Shown: one piece after another, positions 38,234 to 47,676 of the stretch
Position numbering within the stretch: position 1 is the first letter of the stretch
Layout of the letters: the number at the start of each line of letters is the position of its first letter
From: a virus
DNA length: 64,000 nucleotides
Virus record (IMG/VR): IMGVR_UViG_3300035696_000016
Span: 1-64,000 of that record
Strand: one strand, 5' to 3'
Translations under genes and position numbers: made by a program
The notes under the pieces: model-generated
Databases searched by the model: none
The model's input: only the letters and a program-made list of their open reading frames with translations
What the model was told of the DNA's origin: nothing

Positions 38234-38563
38234 ATGACCCTCACGCCAGCAGCCATAGCAGCAGCCAAAACAAAATTACAAAATAGCCAGCACGCTCGCC
38301 TACGCATCGGAATTAAAGGTTCGGGTGGTTGCGAGGGAGCGGTTTTAGCCTTAAGTTATTCCGATGGCGACCTTCGTGCCAATGACACAGAGTTTCTTTT
38401 CGATGATATAAAGATCGTTGTTGATGCTAAAAGTTTGGCATATTTACAAGGAGCCGTTATAGACTATGAGAAGAGTTTGATGCAAGAAGGATTTATACTA
38501 AAAAGTGAAAAAATACAATCAGTTTGTTCGTGTGGAAAATCATTCGTAATCACAAAGGAATAA
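38234..38563 (+). CDS. iscA: HesB/IscA Fe-S cluster assembly carrier
   Basis: LRIGIKGSGGCEG, VVD.KS..YL.G..IDY, CSCGKSF. Confidence 0.9.
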   Translation: MTLTPAAIAAAKTKLQNSQHARLRIGIKGSGGCEGAVLALSYSDGDLRANDTEFLFDDIKIVVDAKSLAYLQGAVIDYEKSLMQEGFILKSEKIQSVCSCGKSFVITKE

Positions 38564-38567
38564 TCAA

Positions 38568-38792
38568 ATGATACTTGGAATATATATCAAAAATCGCAAG
38601 AAAGATAAATGGAGTTTATTCACGGTATCAAAAGATTTAGAAGTAGCAAAGAAAACAAGTAAGAAGTTGATAAAAGAGTTTCAGGAAATTGGTTATGATG
38701 ACGCAGATGCGATCGTTCAGAAGTTTGACAATGTTCATGACATCCCCGGAACATTGGATGTTGTTAAGTCCGAATCACAATTATATAACTAA
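38568..38792 (+). CDS. Hypothetical protein
   Basis: 74-aa ORF. Confidence 0.5.
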   Translation: MILGIYIKNRKKDKWSLFTVSKDLEVAKKTSKKLIKEFQEIGYDDADAIVQKFDNVHDIPGTLDVVKSESQLYN

Positions 38793-39082
38793 TGTTCGCC
38801 CAAATGAAAAGTCGTCAGCCAAGTAAGCCTTGCCCTTGCAATAATACTTGCTTGTGTCATAAGTCCCAAGGAGAAACTTGGGAAGTGTGGCTATTGTGTT
38901 TTATTGGACTTGCAGTATTAATTGTATTCCCATATTTAATGTATCAAGTTGGTCATCATCAGCCAAGAGAACAACACATTGAAGTAAATGGTCAGGACTG
39001 CATCGTAATGAAAAAAATTGACGGTGTAGGTAGCACCGGAAATCCTTATGGTCATGATATTGCGGTTTGCCCGGTAAAATAA
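38792..39082 (+). CDS. Small membrane protein
   Basis: Cys cluster followed by a TM helix. Confidence 0.5.
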   Translation: MFAQMKSRQPSKPCPCNNTCLCHKSQGETWEVWLLCFIGLAVLIVFPYLMYQVGHHQPREQHIEVNGQDCIVMKKIDGVGSTGNPYGHDIAVCPVK

Positions 39083-39083
39083 A

Positions 39084-39398
39084 ATGATAACACATTTTTT
39101 TGAAAAAAGCGCGCATAGTATTCTCATCGTTGATGATACCTATGGAGAGGTTGAATTAGGTATAAGAATGGGATATACATTTGTATGTTGCATTAGATCG
39201 GTAATGGAGTTTTATACTAGTAAAAATGAAGATGTGGCAAAGAATGTTATAAAATTTATGTTAATATACAGTAAGTATGCCGCGATACCTCACGCCTCAA
39301 ATACATCTATACTCGAACTTGCACAGTTTGTTAAAAAATATGATGATAAGTATCCACAATATGGCGAACAATTAGAAAAATATACGCTATTACTATGA
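39084..39398 (+). CDS. Tailed protein, family A
   Basis: IVDD..FYTSKNEDVAKN..YGEQLEKYTLLL. Confidence 0.75.
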   Translation: MITHFFEKSAHSILIVDDTYGEVELGIRMGYTFVCCIRSVMEFYTSKNEDVAKNVIKFMLIYSKYAAIPHASNTSILELAQFVKKYDDKYPQYGEQLEKYTLLL

Positions 39399-40207
39399 AT
39401 CGACCATTTATTTTCCTATCAGGTGAGTTCCGTATAACATTACCGCTTGTGTTTCAACACGAACGGTGGCAACATTGCATGAATGCTCGGATATTAGAAT
39501 TGAATGACAATAAATCATTCCATCGTAAAAATAACGATGAAAAATTACTTGGTTGCATATATCACGCAGACGTTTCCGACGACACAATCAGACGACAAAA
39601 CTTCCATTTTCTAATTGACAACAATATTCCTTGCTATCCCGATCCAAGAAAATTGCTTGCGATAGACAATAGGCATGTGTGCATGGAGAAGGTTATTCGT
39701 GCCAATTTACATACCAATGTAGTTGTTCAATCCAAATACACGAAAGATATTCCAATACAATATCCATTCGTCGTAAAGACCGGAAATGAGCATCAAGGGC
39801 AAGGAAAGTTTTTAGTTAGGAACGAATTAGAGTTGCCAAGATGGGATGGTATTGCAACGATAGAACCGTTTTTTGATGGCGTATCTTGCAGGGTGTTGTG
39901 GATTGGTGATGATTGGTTTAATCTTCGTTTTGACAATGAAACTTCGTGGATAAAAAACAGCAGCGGAGCAGAGGCTTCATTATATCCAGAGATGCCACAA
40001 GGAGTTATAGATCATTCACGCAAAGTAAAAGAATTGTTTGGATTGGATGTTTGTGGAATTGATTATATTGTCGGAAAAGATGGTTGGTGGTTCTTGGAGT
40101 TCAATTATGCGCCGGGATTGGATGTAAGCAATCAAGCTACGGAAGTGGTTAATAAGTTTTTTGGAAGCAAGATGAAATGGGTTGAGGAACAGGTTTATGG
40201 AATATAA
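39395..40207 (+). CDS. RimK-like ATP-grasp ligase
   Basis: YPFVVKTGNEHQGQGK, EPF, RV, W..N, GLDVCGID, LEFN.APG. Confidence 0.75.
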   Translation: MNRPFIFLSGEFRITLPLVFQHERWQHCMNARILELNDNKSFHRKNNDEKLLGCIYHADVSDDTIRRQNFHFLIDNNIPCYPDPRKLLAIDNRHVCMEKVIRANLHTNVVVQSKYTKDIPIQYPFVVKTGNEHQGQGKFLVRNELELPRWDGIATIEPFFDGVSCRVLWIGDDWFNLRFDNETSWIKNSSGAEASLYPEMPQGVIDHSRKVKELFGLDVCGIDYIVGKDGWWFLEFNYAPGLDVSNQATEVVNKFFGSKMKWVEEQVYGI

Positions 40208-40439
40208 GGAAGTAAGAATTGCTCATACGAGCGCAAGCCCCAATGAGGAGTTCATATGTATCGATTTATATGTGGATAATATAGATTCAGAATATGACAT
40301 AGATAAAATGGAAAACAAAACTCGGTTTAGAATTGGAAACAAGGGCGAGTATTTTTGTTTGAATACGGTTCTTTTAATGAATATAAATGAACCAAAAGAA
40401 ACATTGTGTAGATTTTTCAAATTATTGATGTTGCAATAA
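40197..40439 (+). CDS. Tailed protein (singleton)
   Basis: Ends RFFKLLMLQ. Confidence 0.6.
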   Translation: MEYKEVRIAHTSASPNEEFICIDLYVDNIDSEYDIDKMENKTRFRIGNKGEYFCLNTVLLMNINEPKETLCRFFKLLMLQ

Positions 40440-40754
40440 ATGATTACAGGTATTAGTTTTGAATATTGTGGGGCAAAACAGCAAGCACATTATATTGTGT
40501 ATGATACGGATTTTGAATTAAATATTGAAACTACGATGCTTTCATTTACATCCAATCCTTATATATTCGAATGTCTAAAAGTAATTATAGATGTATATAA
40601 GGAAAAACAATTAAATGTTGCCGCTAATATTGCACATTGGCTGATTATTTTCTATCCTTCCACTGCTCACTCATATTTAGAGCAATTTAAAATGAACATA
40701 CCGGCATACAATAAGTATGCGAATGATGTAGAAAAGTATCTATTACTAATGTAA
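40440..40754 (+). CDS. Tailed protein, family A
   Basis: VYDTDFE..YKEKQLNVAAN..YANDVEKYLLLM. Confidence 0.75.
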   Translation: MITGISFEYCGAKQQAHYIVYDTDFELNIETTMLSFTSNPYIFECLKVIIDVYKEKQLNVAANIAHWLIIFYPSTAHSYLEQFKMNIPAYNKYANDVEKYLLLM

Positions 40755-40765
40755 GGAAAAATAAA

Positions 40766-41083
40766 ATGTGGAAATCAAAATATACGAACGGTGAAAAGTG
40801 CCATTGTGGAGAAGATGCCATTGCAAAAGTGGGCGAAGAAATTATGAACGATGATCCGTTTTCGGCAAGACACAATCTAACTGCTTATATATGTGAAAAA
40901 CATTATAGAGAGTTGTTCGGAAATTATGGTGTTGATCTTGTTGATGGAATGAGAAAAAAAACAATGGATCAAATTAAGTTTAGAGAACATATGAATAAAT
41001 TGTCTGGTAATCGTGATATTGATATTGCAGAAGAGTTGAGAACAGATCAAATAATACTTAAAGATTTTATGGATAAAAAATGA
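40766..41083 (+). CDS. Hypothetical Zn-binding protein
   Basis: CHCG..RHNLTAYICEKH. Confidence 0.55.
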   Translation: MWKSKYTNGEKCHCGEDAIAKVGEEIMNDDPFSARHNLTAYICEKHYRELFGNYGVDLVDGMRKKTMDQIKFREHMNKLSGNRDIDIAEELRTDQIILKDFMDKK

Positions 41084-41415
41084 AAACCCCATACATACAC
41101 ATATACGGTCAGGCATATAACCACAGCAATGCATTTATTATTGGAAATTACGATGGGTTAATGTTATTATTGAGAGCGCTCGAAAAAACATTACATTATG
41201 AGCCTACGCCAAATGGCGATGCGGTTGGAACTAATTTTTTTGTGGGAGATGGCGAAGGATACAAAATCATTATTAAAGAAACTTCCAATGAGGAAATGGC
41301 ACAGTTAGAATTACCATATACAGAAACATATCAAAGTGATTATGATAATATAGATGGTAAATCACCAGTTGAGTTGATTGGTGTTGATGCGTATAGAAAA
41401 TTGTTTGGGAAATAA
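41080..41415 (+). CDS. Hypothetical phage protein
   Basis: HIYGQ...H..AFIIGN..GL..L; DGEGY. Confidence 0.6.
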   Translation: MKTPYIHIYGQAYNHSNAFIIGNYDGLMLLLRALEKTLHYEPTPNGDAVGTNFFVGDGEGYKIIIKETSNEEMAQLELPYTETYQSDYDNIDGKSPVELIGVDAYRKLFGK

Positions 41416-41416
41416 G

Positions 41417-41671
41417 ATGGCAAAGAAAAAGAAAACAAGAATGATTGAAGTTTGTAAAAATGTTGGCGAACGAATTGATGTTCAAAATCTATCATATTCA
41501 ATCCCAGAATTATTGAGTTTTATTAAACGCAATACGCCAGAAGGTGTAAAAGAAGAAGATATTCAGTTGTCGTTTGAGAGTGAAGAAGAACCATATTATT
41601 ATGATGAGACCATAAATCATTGTTATATGAGTGTCGTTGTTAGAGAAATGAAAGAATTGAATGTGCGATGA
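41417..41671 (+). CDS. Hypothetical protein
   Basis: ORF. Confidence 0.5.
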   Translation: MAKKKKTRMIEVCKNVGERIDVQNLSYSIPELLSFIKRNTPEGVKEEDIQLSFESEEEPYYYDETINHCYMSVVVREMKELNVR

Positions 41672-42609
41672 ATAATCAATTGAAAATAATGATGTTGCGC
41701 GGAGTCCCAGCATCAGGGAAATCATCATTTTGTCATGAATTGATTAGGAAAGAACCGGGCGTGTGGAAACGCATCAATAATGATAGTTTGCGTGATAGCA
41801 TCGATCTATCCGTGTATTCCGCTGATAACGAAAAAATCATACATTCACTTCGCAATCACATGTTGAAAGAGTTTTTGCGAAAAGGATACAATGTTGTAAT
41901 TGACAATGTCAATGCTGGTTCGCGTCATTTTAAAGAGGTATGTGAGATTGTTTCTAAAATGAATATCGATGCGCAGGTTTTCGAGAAGCATTTTTTCGTG
42001 CCGCTTGACGAATTATTGGAACGAGATAGCAAGCGTGTTGGCAATGCAAAAGTTGGCGAAGATGTTGTGAAGAAGTTTTTTGGAAAACTCGGCGGAAATC
42101 AATTTAAATTTTATAAGCCGCAACATGAAGTATTCTCAAAACGAACAACAGCAGCAGAAGGTCATTGGGCACCTATGCAACAAAATGAAAAACTTCCAAA
42201 ATGCGTTGTGTATGATCTTGATGGAACTATGTGTCTGATATCACATCGAAATCCATACGATGCATCCCGTTGCATTGATGATGCTCCTCATCAGCATGTT
42301 GTCGAATTGTGTAAATTGCATCACGACAATGGACATAAGATATTTTTCTTTTCGGGAAGAGAAGATAAGCATCGTGCGATGACAGAAGAGTGGTTGAATA
42401 CATATTTTGGCTATCCGTATGAGTTATACATGCGGGAAACGGATAATTTTGAAGACGACGTAAAACTGAAAGAAAGACTATTCCATACGCATATAAATGG
42501 AAAGTATAACATTCGGGCTTGGATCGATGATAGAGCGAAGGTATGTAAATGGGTATATGAGAATGCCCTTCCGCTTTTTCGCGTCGGAGATCCGTATAGT
42601 TCATTCTAA
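41668..42609 (+). CDS. pseT: Polynucleotide 5'-kinase/3'-phosphatase (T4 PseT-like)
   Basis: GVPASGKS, RINNDSLR, IDN.N; HAD domain DLDGT, SGR, K, IDDR. Confidence 0.9.
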   Translation: MNNQLKIMMLRGVPASGKSSFCHELIRKEPGVWKRINNDSLRDSIDLSVYSADNEKIIHSLRNHMLKEFLRKGYNVVIDNVNAGSRHFKEVCEIVSKMNIDAQVFEKHFFVPLDELLERDSKRVGNAKVGEDVVKKFFGKLGGNQFKFYKPQHEVFSKRTTAAEGHWAPMQQNEKLPKCVVYDLDGTMCLISHRNPYDASRCIDDAPHQHVVELCKLHHDNGHKIFFFSGREDKHRAMTEEWLNTYFGYPYELYMRETDNFEDDVKLKERLFHTHINGKYNIRAWIDDRAKVCKWVYENALPLFRVGDPYSSF

Positions 42610-42661
42610 AAACTACGCATAAAGATGCATTAGGGTATCCATCTATGAAAAGGAGATCCAG

Positions 42662-43456
42662 ATGCAGATATTTACAAGACAATGTCCAGTATGTAATAAA
42701 ACCATAGAATATACCACGAAACTTGGGCTAATTAATGCACAAGGAAAACCATGTATTAGTTGTCATGATAGAAAAAATAGTATCATATCAATAACAGAAA
42801 TACAATCCTTTAAGGATATGATAGCAAACGGAGCTTTTAAAAAAGATATTGTGAAACACTTCAAAATAACTAATTCTCAATATAAAGTATTGATGTCTAA
42901 ATTAGAATTGAAATCTAATAAAGAAACTTCGATTAAAATAATCGATAAAGATAATAGATTGGCTGAATGTAGTGATTGTAAAGAAGTAAAATCATTAGAT
43001 GAGTTTCCGACCAGAACAAAATCCACAGGATGCACATACTATTTCACATATTGTTATGAATGCACTTATAAAAAAAAATCAGAATATATAAATTCAGATA
43101 TAAATATATTTTTGTCCGAAAGATATTTAAAAATAAAAGGAGCATCCACAAAAAAGAATTATATTTTTAATATAGCAAAAGAAGATTTTGTATCGCAATA
43201 TAAAAGTCAAAATGGAATGTGTTTTTATACTGATTTACCAATGGTATGTTTATGGGGACATGGAAAACAAAGAGATGCAGTTAGTGTAGATAAAATAATA
43301 CCAGAATTAGGATATGTTAAAAACAATGTTGTGTTTTGTTTAAATAGAATCAATATGGCAAAACACGATTTTTCACTTGAAGAAATAAAACTATGGATGC
43401 CAGATTGGCATAGACGAATAATGGTTTTTTTTGAAAAAAATAAAGCAGACAAATAA
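42662..43456 (+). CDS. Putative His-Me finger (HNH/EndoVII-like) endonuclease
   Basis: CSDC..CYEC, QNGMCFYT..SVDKIIPELGYVKNNVVFC...N..K. Confidence 0.7.
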   Translation: MQIFTRQCPVCNKTIEYTTKLGLINAQGKPCISCHDRKNSIISITEIQSFKDMIANGAFKKDIVKHFKITNSQYKVLMSKLELKSNKETSIKIIDKDNRLAECSDCKEVKSLDEFPTRTKSTGCTYYFTYCYECTYKKKSEYINSDINIFLSERYLKIKGASTKKNYIFNIAKEDFVSQYKSQNGMCFYTDLPMVCLWGHGKQRDAVSVDKIIPELGYVKNNVVFCLNRINMAKHDFSLEEIKLWMPDWHRRIMVFFEKNKADK

Positions 43457-43461
43457 TATAT

Positions 43462-44016
43462 ATGATATATATAAAAGACCAGGTAAAAGATTTAGTTATA
43501 GAACATTCATACAAAAATAATATTTTTACGGATTGTAAGAATACATTCGTTAATTCGGATGCCATATATACGATAGGTCAATACATCATTGATGTAATTG
43601 AACGGCATGGGTTTTGGGAATCGAGACATAATTTTTCATATCCACTAAAATCAAAACTTGATGCGGTCGTTTCAATAAATGAAGGAAGTTATGCTATGGC
43701 TACTTCGGTAGCAACTATTAGCAATAGTTGGTTTGATGACGAATCAATAAATCATATTGCTATTCATGATAATGATATTACTGGTGAAATCATAGATGAT
43801 ATGTGTGTAATAATATTGTGTGATGTTTTAACAGATGGACAAGATTGTATTAACGCTATCAATTTACTAAAACAAAAAAACGTATATGTTTATAAAGTTA
43901 TATCATTAATTGATAAGGGTTGTGGTGGAGAAACAAATATACGAAAACATTGTAAATTTGAATCTCTTTTAAATATTAAAGATCTCGATAAGCCTACTCA
44001 AAAAGAAATTGATTAA
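43462..44016 (+). CDS. Degenerate orotate-PRTase-like paralog
   Basis: DCK, IILCDVLTDG, LIDK..GG; lacks the RKxxKxHG loop. Confidence 0.65.
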   Translation: MIYIKDQVKDLVIEHSYKNNIFTDCKNTFVNSDAIYTIGQYIIDVIERHGFWESRHNFSYPLKSKLDAVVSINEGSYAMATSVATISNSWFDDESINHIAIHDNDITGEIIDDMCVIILCDVLTDGQDCINAINLLKQKNVYVYKVISLIDKGCGGETNIRKHCKFESLLNIKDLDKPTQKEID

Positions 44017-44021
44017 ATAAA

Positions 44022-44588
44022 ATGACAACAAAATCATTACTATTAAATCTCCTAAAACAGTATTCCTATCGACAAGGTTCATTCACCCTTGCGTCGGGAC
44101 AACAGAGCAGTTTCTTCCTCGACTGCAAGCCCACATTATTGCAATCGCAAGGACATATACTATCCGCAGAACTCATCTTCGATGAAATCATAAAACTTCG
44201 ACAATACCAAAACATAGGAACGGTTGCAGGAGTTCCACTTGGTGGTTGCAGTCTTGCATCAGCGGTATCTACATATAGCGCAATGCAACGAACAGATATA
44301 ATACATTCACCAGTCAATGCATTGTATATTCGTAAGCAAGCAAAAGACCACGGGACACAACAATTAATTGAAGGCTACGCCGACAACAAGTCAGGTATAG
44401 TTTTACTCGAAGACGTAATCACAAGCGGAGGCTCATCAATTATTGCCCTTGACACATTATATCAAAATGGCTATAATCCAGTAGCAGTTATATGTGTGGT
44501 GGATCGCCTTGCTGGTGGTAAAGAAAATATAGAAAAGAAGTTTCGCATTCCAGTGGTATCGTTGTTTTCGATTGAGGATTTTCAATAA
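44022..44588 (+). CDS. pyrE: Orotate phosphoribosyltransferase
   Basis: FTLASGQQS.FFLD, RKQAKDHG, LLEDVITSGGS, VVDR. Confidence 0.92.
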   Translation: MTTKSLLLNLLKQYSYRQGSFTLASGQQSSFFLDCKPTLLQSQGHILSAELIFDEIIKLRQYQNIGTVAGVPLGGCSLASAVSTYSAMQRTDIIHSPVNALYIRKQAKDHGTQQLIEGYADNKSGIVLLEDVITSGGSSIIALDTLYQNGYNPVAVICVVDRLAGGKENIEKKFRIPVVSLFSIEDFQ

Positions 44589-44878
44589 TGTTCGTTAAGT
44601 CATATAAATCTGATGATGATTGGATTATAGAAGATACGGATTTTATAGAAAAAATAGTGAATCCTCCACCAGTGTCTGGATGGGAACTGATTGTTTGGGT
44701 GTATGAGAAGAAAAATCTTGATGTCGTCAAAAACTTATTACTTGCAATGGATCAATATGATATATTGACTTGTTTTACCCATATGGATATTTTTAATTAT
44801 AGTGATGAACATAAAGAATATTATTCTAAATACCTTAAATATAAAGACGAAGTTGCAAAATACTTGATGTTAGTTTGA
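44588..44878 (+). CDS. Tailed protein, family A
   Basis: IEDTDFIE..SGWE..VYEKKNLDVVKN..YKDEVAKYLMLV. Confidence 0.75.
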   Translation: MFVKSYKSDDDWIIEDTDFIEKIVNPPPVSGWELIVWVYEKKNLDVVKNLLLAMDQYDILTCFTHMDIFNYSDEHKEYYSKYLKYKDEVAKYLMLV

Positions 44879-44887
44879 GGATCAATA

Positions 44888-45220
44888 ATGTTTATTCGTA
44901 GTAGCAGCGCCTATAAAGGTAATACATTATTCTTCACAATAGAAGATTCAGATTTTACTGAAACAATAGAAATGGAAAACTTAAAGCATTCTGGATGGGA
45001 AGCAATTATCAGAGTATATGAGCAAAGAAACCTAAATGTTGCCAAAAATCTAATGCGCGCCATGGTGGCTCCATTTTATGGAAATAATAACAGTTCTTAT
45101 ACAGATATTTATTTAATTATAAATGCTATAAATGCTATAAATCATAAAGATATGATAGAATATAATCCGAGTTTTCATAAGTATGCTGATGAAATTAAAA
45201 AATATCTATTGCTAATATGA
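44888..45220 (+). CDS. Tailed protein, family A
   Basis: IEDSDFTE..SGWE..VYEQRNLNVAKN..YADEIKKYLLLI. Confidence 0.75.
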   Translation: MFIRSSSAYKGNTLFFTIEDSDFTETIEMENLKHSGWEAIIRVYEQRNLNVAKNLMRAMVAPFYGNNNSSYTDIYLIINAINAINHKDMIEYNPSFHKYADEIKKYLLLI

Positions 45221-45630
45221 ATAAATTAGAACAATATAAAAATATAATTAAATATGATACATGCCCCGTATGTGGTAATAAAGATATGATGTATGAGAAG
45301 ATGGGCGATAATCCCAATGTCGCGCGTCCAAAAGAATATCCATTCGAACTTAGTATAGCATGCTATATTGATAAAGATATTACTAATTACAGCCATTATT
45401 TTCAAAATATAGATAATGAAAATCATACCTATTGGAACTTACGATATAAACATAATGGATACGTTTATGAGATAACCAATTCCTACAAGAACGGATTAAT
45501 ACGTTCATATTTTTATTTTTCTGAAACGGGGCATAAAGTTGATTGGGTTTATAGTCCGGGTAAAGATTTTAGCAATCTATCAAAAGAAGAAGTAATCAAA
45601 TTAATTGATAAGGCGGTATTATTGAAATGA
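45217..45630 (+). CDS. Tailed protein, family D
   Basis: CPVC; ends IDKAVLLK. Confidence 0.7.
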   Translation: MNKLEQYKNIIKYDTCPVCGNKDMMYEKMGDNPNVARPKEYPFELSIACYIDKDITNYSHYFQNIDNENHTYWNLRYKHNGYVYEITNSYKNGLIRSYFYFSETGHKVDWVYSPGKDFSNLSKEEVIKLIDKAVLLK

Positions 45631-46457
45631 GAAAGATTATTGTTGGAACAATTTTGGGTTCGGCGTTGTTAGTTGCGTTTCTTAGCGGGAAAGAAACTGC
45701 GATTGCGGAAGAATGTCATCGCAGCGATAGTTGTGATGTGAAAACACAAAAGATTGATGAGAAGAAATGTCCTGATGATATGCAATTTATTGAGGGAGAT
45801 TTTTGCCCCAATGTTGAAGAAATATGTTTATACGGAGTAGATGCATACGGGAAACGTATTCCTGGCCCGTATAAATCGGGTTCTTGCGGAGAATACAAAT
45901 ATCCAACACGTTGTCTATCCACAACAAAGATTCATAAAAGATTTTGCATTGACCGTTTTGAGTTTCCGAATAAGGAAGGTGTTGTTCCTCGTGATTGGAT
46001 GACTTGGTATGAAGCACGAGATGAGGCTGCAAAAATTGGAAAACGATTATGCACAGATAGTGAATGGACGTTTGCAGCAGAAGGTCAGGAAATGCGTCCG
46101 CTTCCATATGGAGACGGCTATCATAGGAATAGCGGTCTATGCAATATTGACAGACATGAAAAAATAGATGTCTTTCACGCGAAAACTCCACATTCACCTG
46201 CATCCGAAATGCTACGAAGCCTCCTTGTTCCAAGCGGATCAATGCCATTATGTGTTAGTAGCACAGGAGTTCATGATATGGCTGGAAACATAGATGAGTT
46301 TGTAATTAATGAAAGCGGAAAACCATATGTTTCAGCATTGAAAGGCGGTCATATATGGCATGTAAGACAGGCATCGAGACCAAGCACACTTGCCCATGGG
46401 CCTAATTTTGCATGGTATGAAACAGGAACTCGTTTTTGCCAAGATGCACTAAAATAA
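45627..46457 (+). CDS. Secreted FGE-sulfatase (SUMF1-like) domain protein
   Basis: Signal peptide, CPDDM, FCIDRFE, KRLCT.SEW..A, DMAGN..E, GTRFC. Confidence 0.85.
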   Translation: MRKIIVGTILGSALLVAFLSGKETAIAEECHRSDSCDVKTQKIDEKKCPDDMQFIEGDFCPNVEEICLYGVDAYGKRIPGPYKSGSCGEYKYPTRCLSTTKIHKRFCIDRFEFPNKEGVVPRDWMTWYEARDEAAKIGKRLCTDSEWTFAAEGQEMRPLPYGDGYHRNSGLCNIDRHEKIDVFHAKTPHSPASEMLRSLLVPSGSMPLCVSSTGVHDMAGNIDEFVINESGKPYVSALKGGHIWHVRQASRPSTLAHGPNFAWYETGTRFCQDALK

Positions 46458-46460
46458 TTT

Positions 46461-46844
46461 ATGAATCTAATCTATCCTAAATGCATTATATGCGACGATA
46501 AATGGGACGATGATCCCCGTGATATATTATGGGAAAATGAAAGTTTAGATCTATTTTGTTCAAATAACCACGACACAATATGGTATTCCCAAAGTAAAGA
46601 TGGTGAATGCAGTTTTGATAGGAACATCCACAATCTATGCGGACATGAGTTCTTGCTTCGATATAATTGTAATTGCGTAATAGATGCTTGTCGTAATAAA
46701 AATGTAATCTATAATTACTCACACACGCGAAACCATGGATGGCATCCAGATAAAATAATAAAAATATTCGATCCTCCATTGCCATTAAATGTATCTCACG
46801 AAGATTTATGGAATAAAATTGAGCACCTATTGGTATTACTATAA
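46461..46844 (+). CDS. Tailed protein, family D
   Basis: CIIC; ends IEHLLVLL. Confidence 0.7.
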   Translation: MNLIYPKCIICDDKWDDDPRDILWENESLDLFCSNNHDTIWYSQSKDGECSFDRNIHNLCGHEFLLRYNCNCVIDACRNKNVIYNYSHTRNHGWHPDKIIKIFDPPLPLNVSHEDLWNKIEHLLVLL

Positions 46845-47087
46845 ATGATAGCGTTAGTATCACTTGCAGTCATAGGATATATCCTATATGTTCTTTTCGT
46901 CAAAGGAGCGTTTTGGGGAATTGCCGTTTTGGTAGGGGGAATATATGGAATACGATTAGGCTTGCTAACATTAGTTCCCGAAAGTCAAAATTCAATAATG
47001 ACATTCCTATCCTACGATGTTAGTTATGCTGCATTTTTTGCAACGATAATAACAATACTTGGATTAGCATATTTTGCGAAAGATTAA
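46845..47087 (+). CDS. Small membrane protein
   Basis: Three hydrophobic segments. Confidence 0.55.
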   Translation: MIALVSLAVIGYILYVLFVKGAFWGIAVLVGGIYGIRLGLLTLVPESQNSIMTFLSYDVSYAAFFATIITILGLAYFAKD

Positions 47088-47089
47088 AA

Positions 47090-47287
47090 ATGAGTGAGAT
47101 ATTACATTACTTGCGCTTAAACGCAACACAACATAATTTTTCAAATAAAATAAGAATACTTAATTCGGTCAAAGACTTAAAACAGTTATTCATACAAAAT
47201 TGTAATGACCCTATATTTATTGATGTTTTAAAAAATAATTTTCCGATATATTACGAAATCCTCGAACCGCTAATCTTATTAAAATAG
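47090..47287 (+). CDS. Tailed protein, family E-like
   Basis: LKNNFPIYYEILEPLILLK. Confidence 0.6.
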   Translation: MSEILHYLRLNATQHNFSNKIRILNSVKDLKQLFIQNCNDPIFIDVLKNNFPIYYEILEPLILLK

Positions 47288-47400
47288 GAAAACATAGGAT
47301 AATGAATGAGACATCATGATGGTGATATAACAAAAGACCAATTAATTGAAATGTTTGCAATTATATGTATCGTATTTTTTGTTGTTGAAGTATTTATTAA

Positions 47401-47658
47401 ATGAGTTTTGTAAATTGTTCAATGTTTGATATTGAAAAATGTTGGATGTGTTGTCGCGAAGATTCCAGTATTACTGGAAGTTGTTCGATTAATTATTTTT
47501 ACCGTCGTATTAAGTATATAGAAAATGTAAAAGATTTTATAGTTCGTGTATTTAATGCTAAATCGTCCAAGGACAAATCTATATATTTACAAAAATCAAT
47601 AGAATATCATTTTCCACAATATATAAAGTTATATAACACGATATCGCTATTATACTAA
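47401..47658 (+). CDS. Tailed Cys-rich protein, family E
   Basis: C..CWMC..C; IEYHFPQYIKLYNTISLLY. Confidence 0.65.
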   Translation: MSFVNCSMFDIEKCWMCCREDSSITGSCSINYFYRRIKYIENVKDFIVRVFNAKSSKDKSIYLQKSIEYHFPQYIKLYNTISLLY

Positions 47659-47676
47659 TTTTCCAACATTTACTAT

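Noticed and set aside
38214-38236. TTGACA before iscA as a promoter
   Set aside because: No -10 box at a 16-18 bp spacing before the ATG; the following AGGAG is simply the ribosome-binding site.
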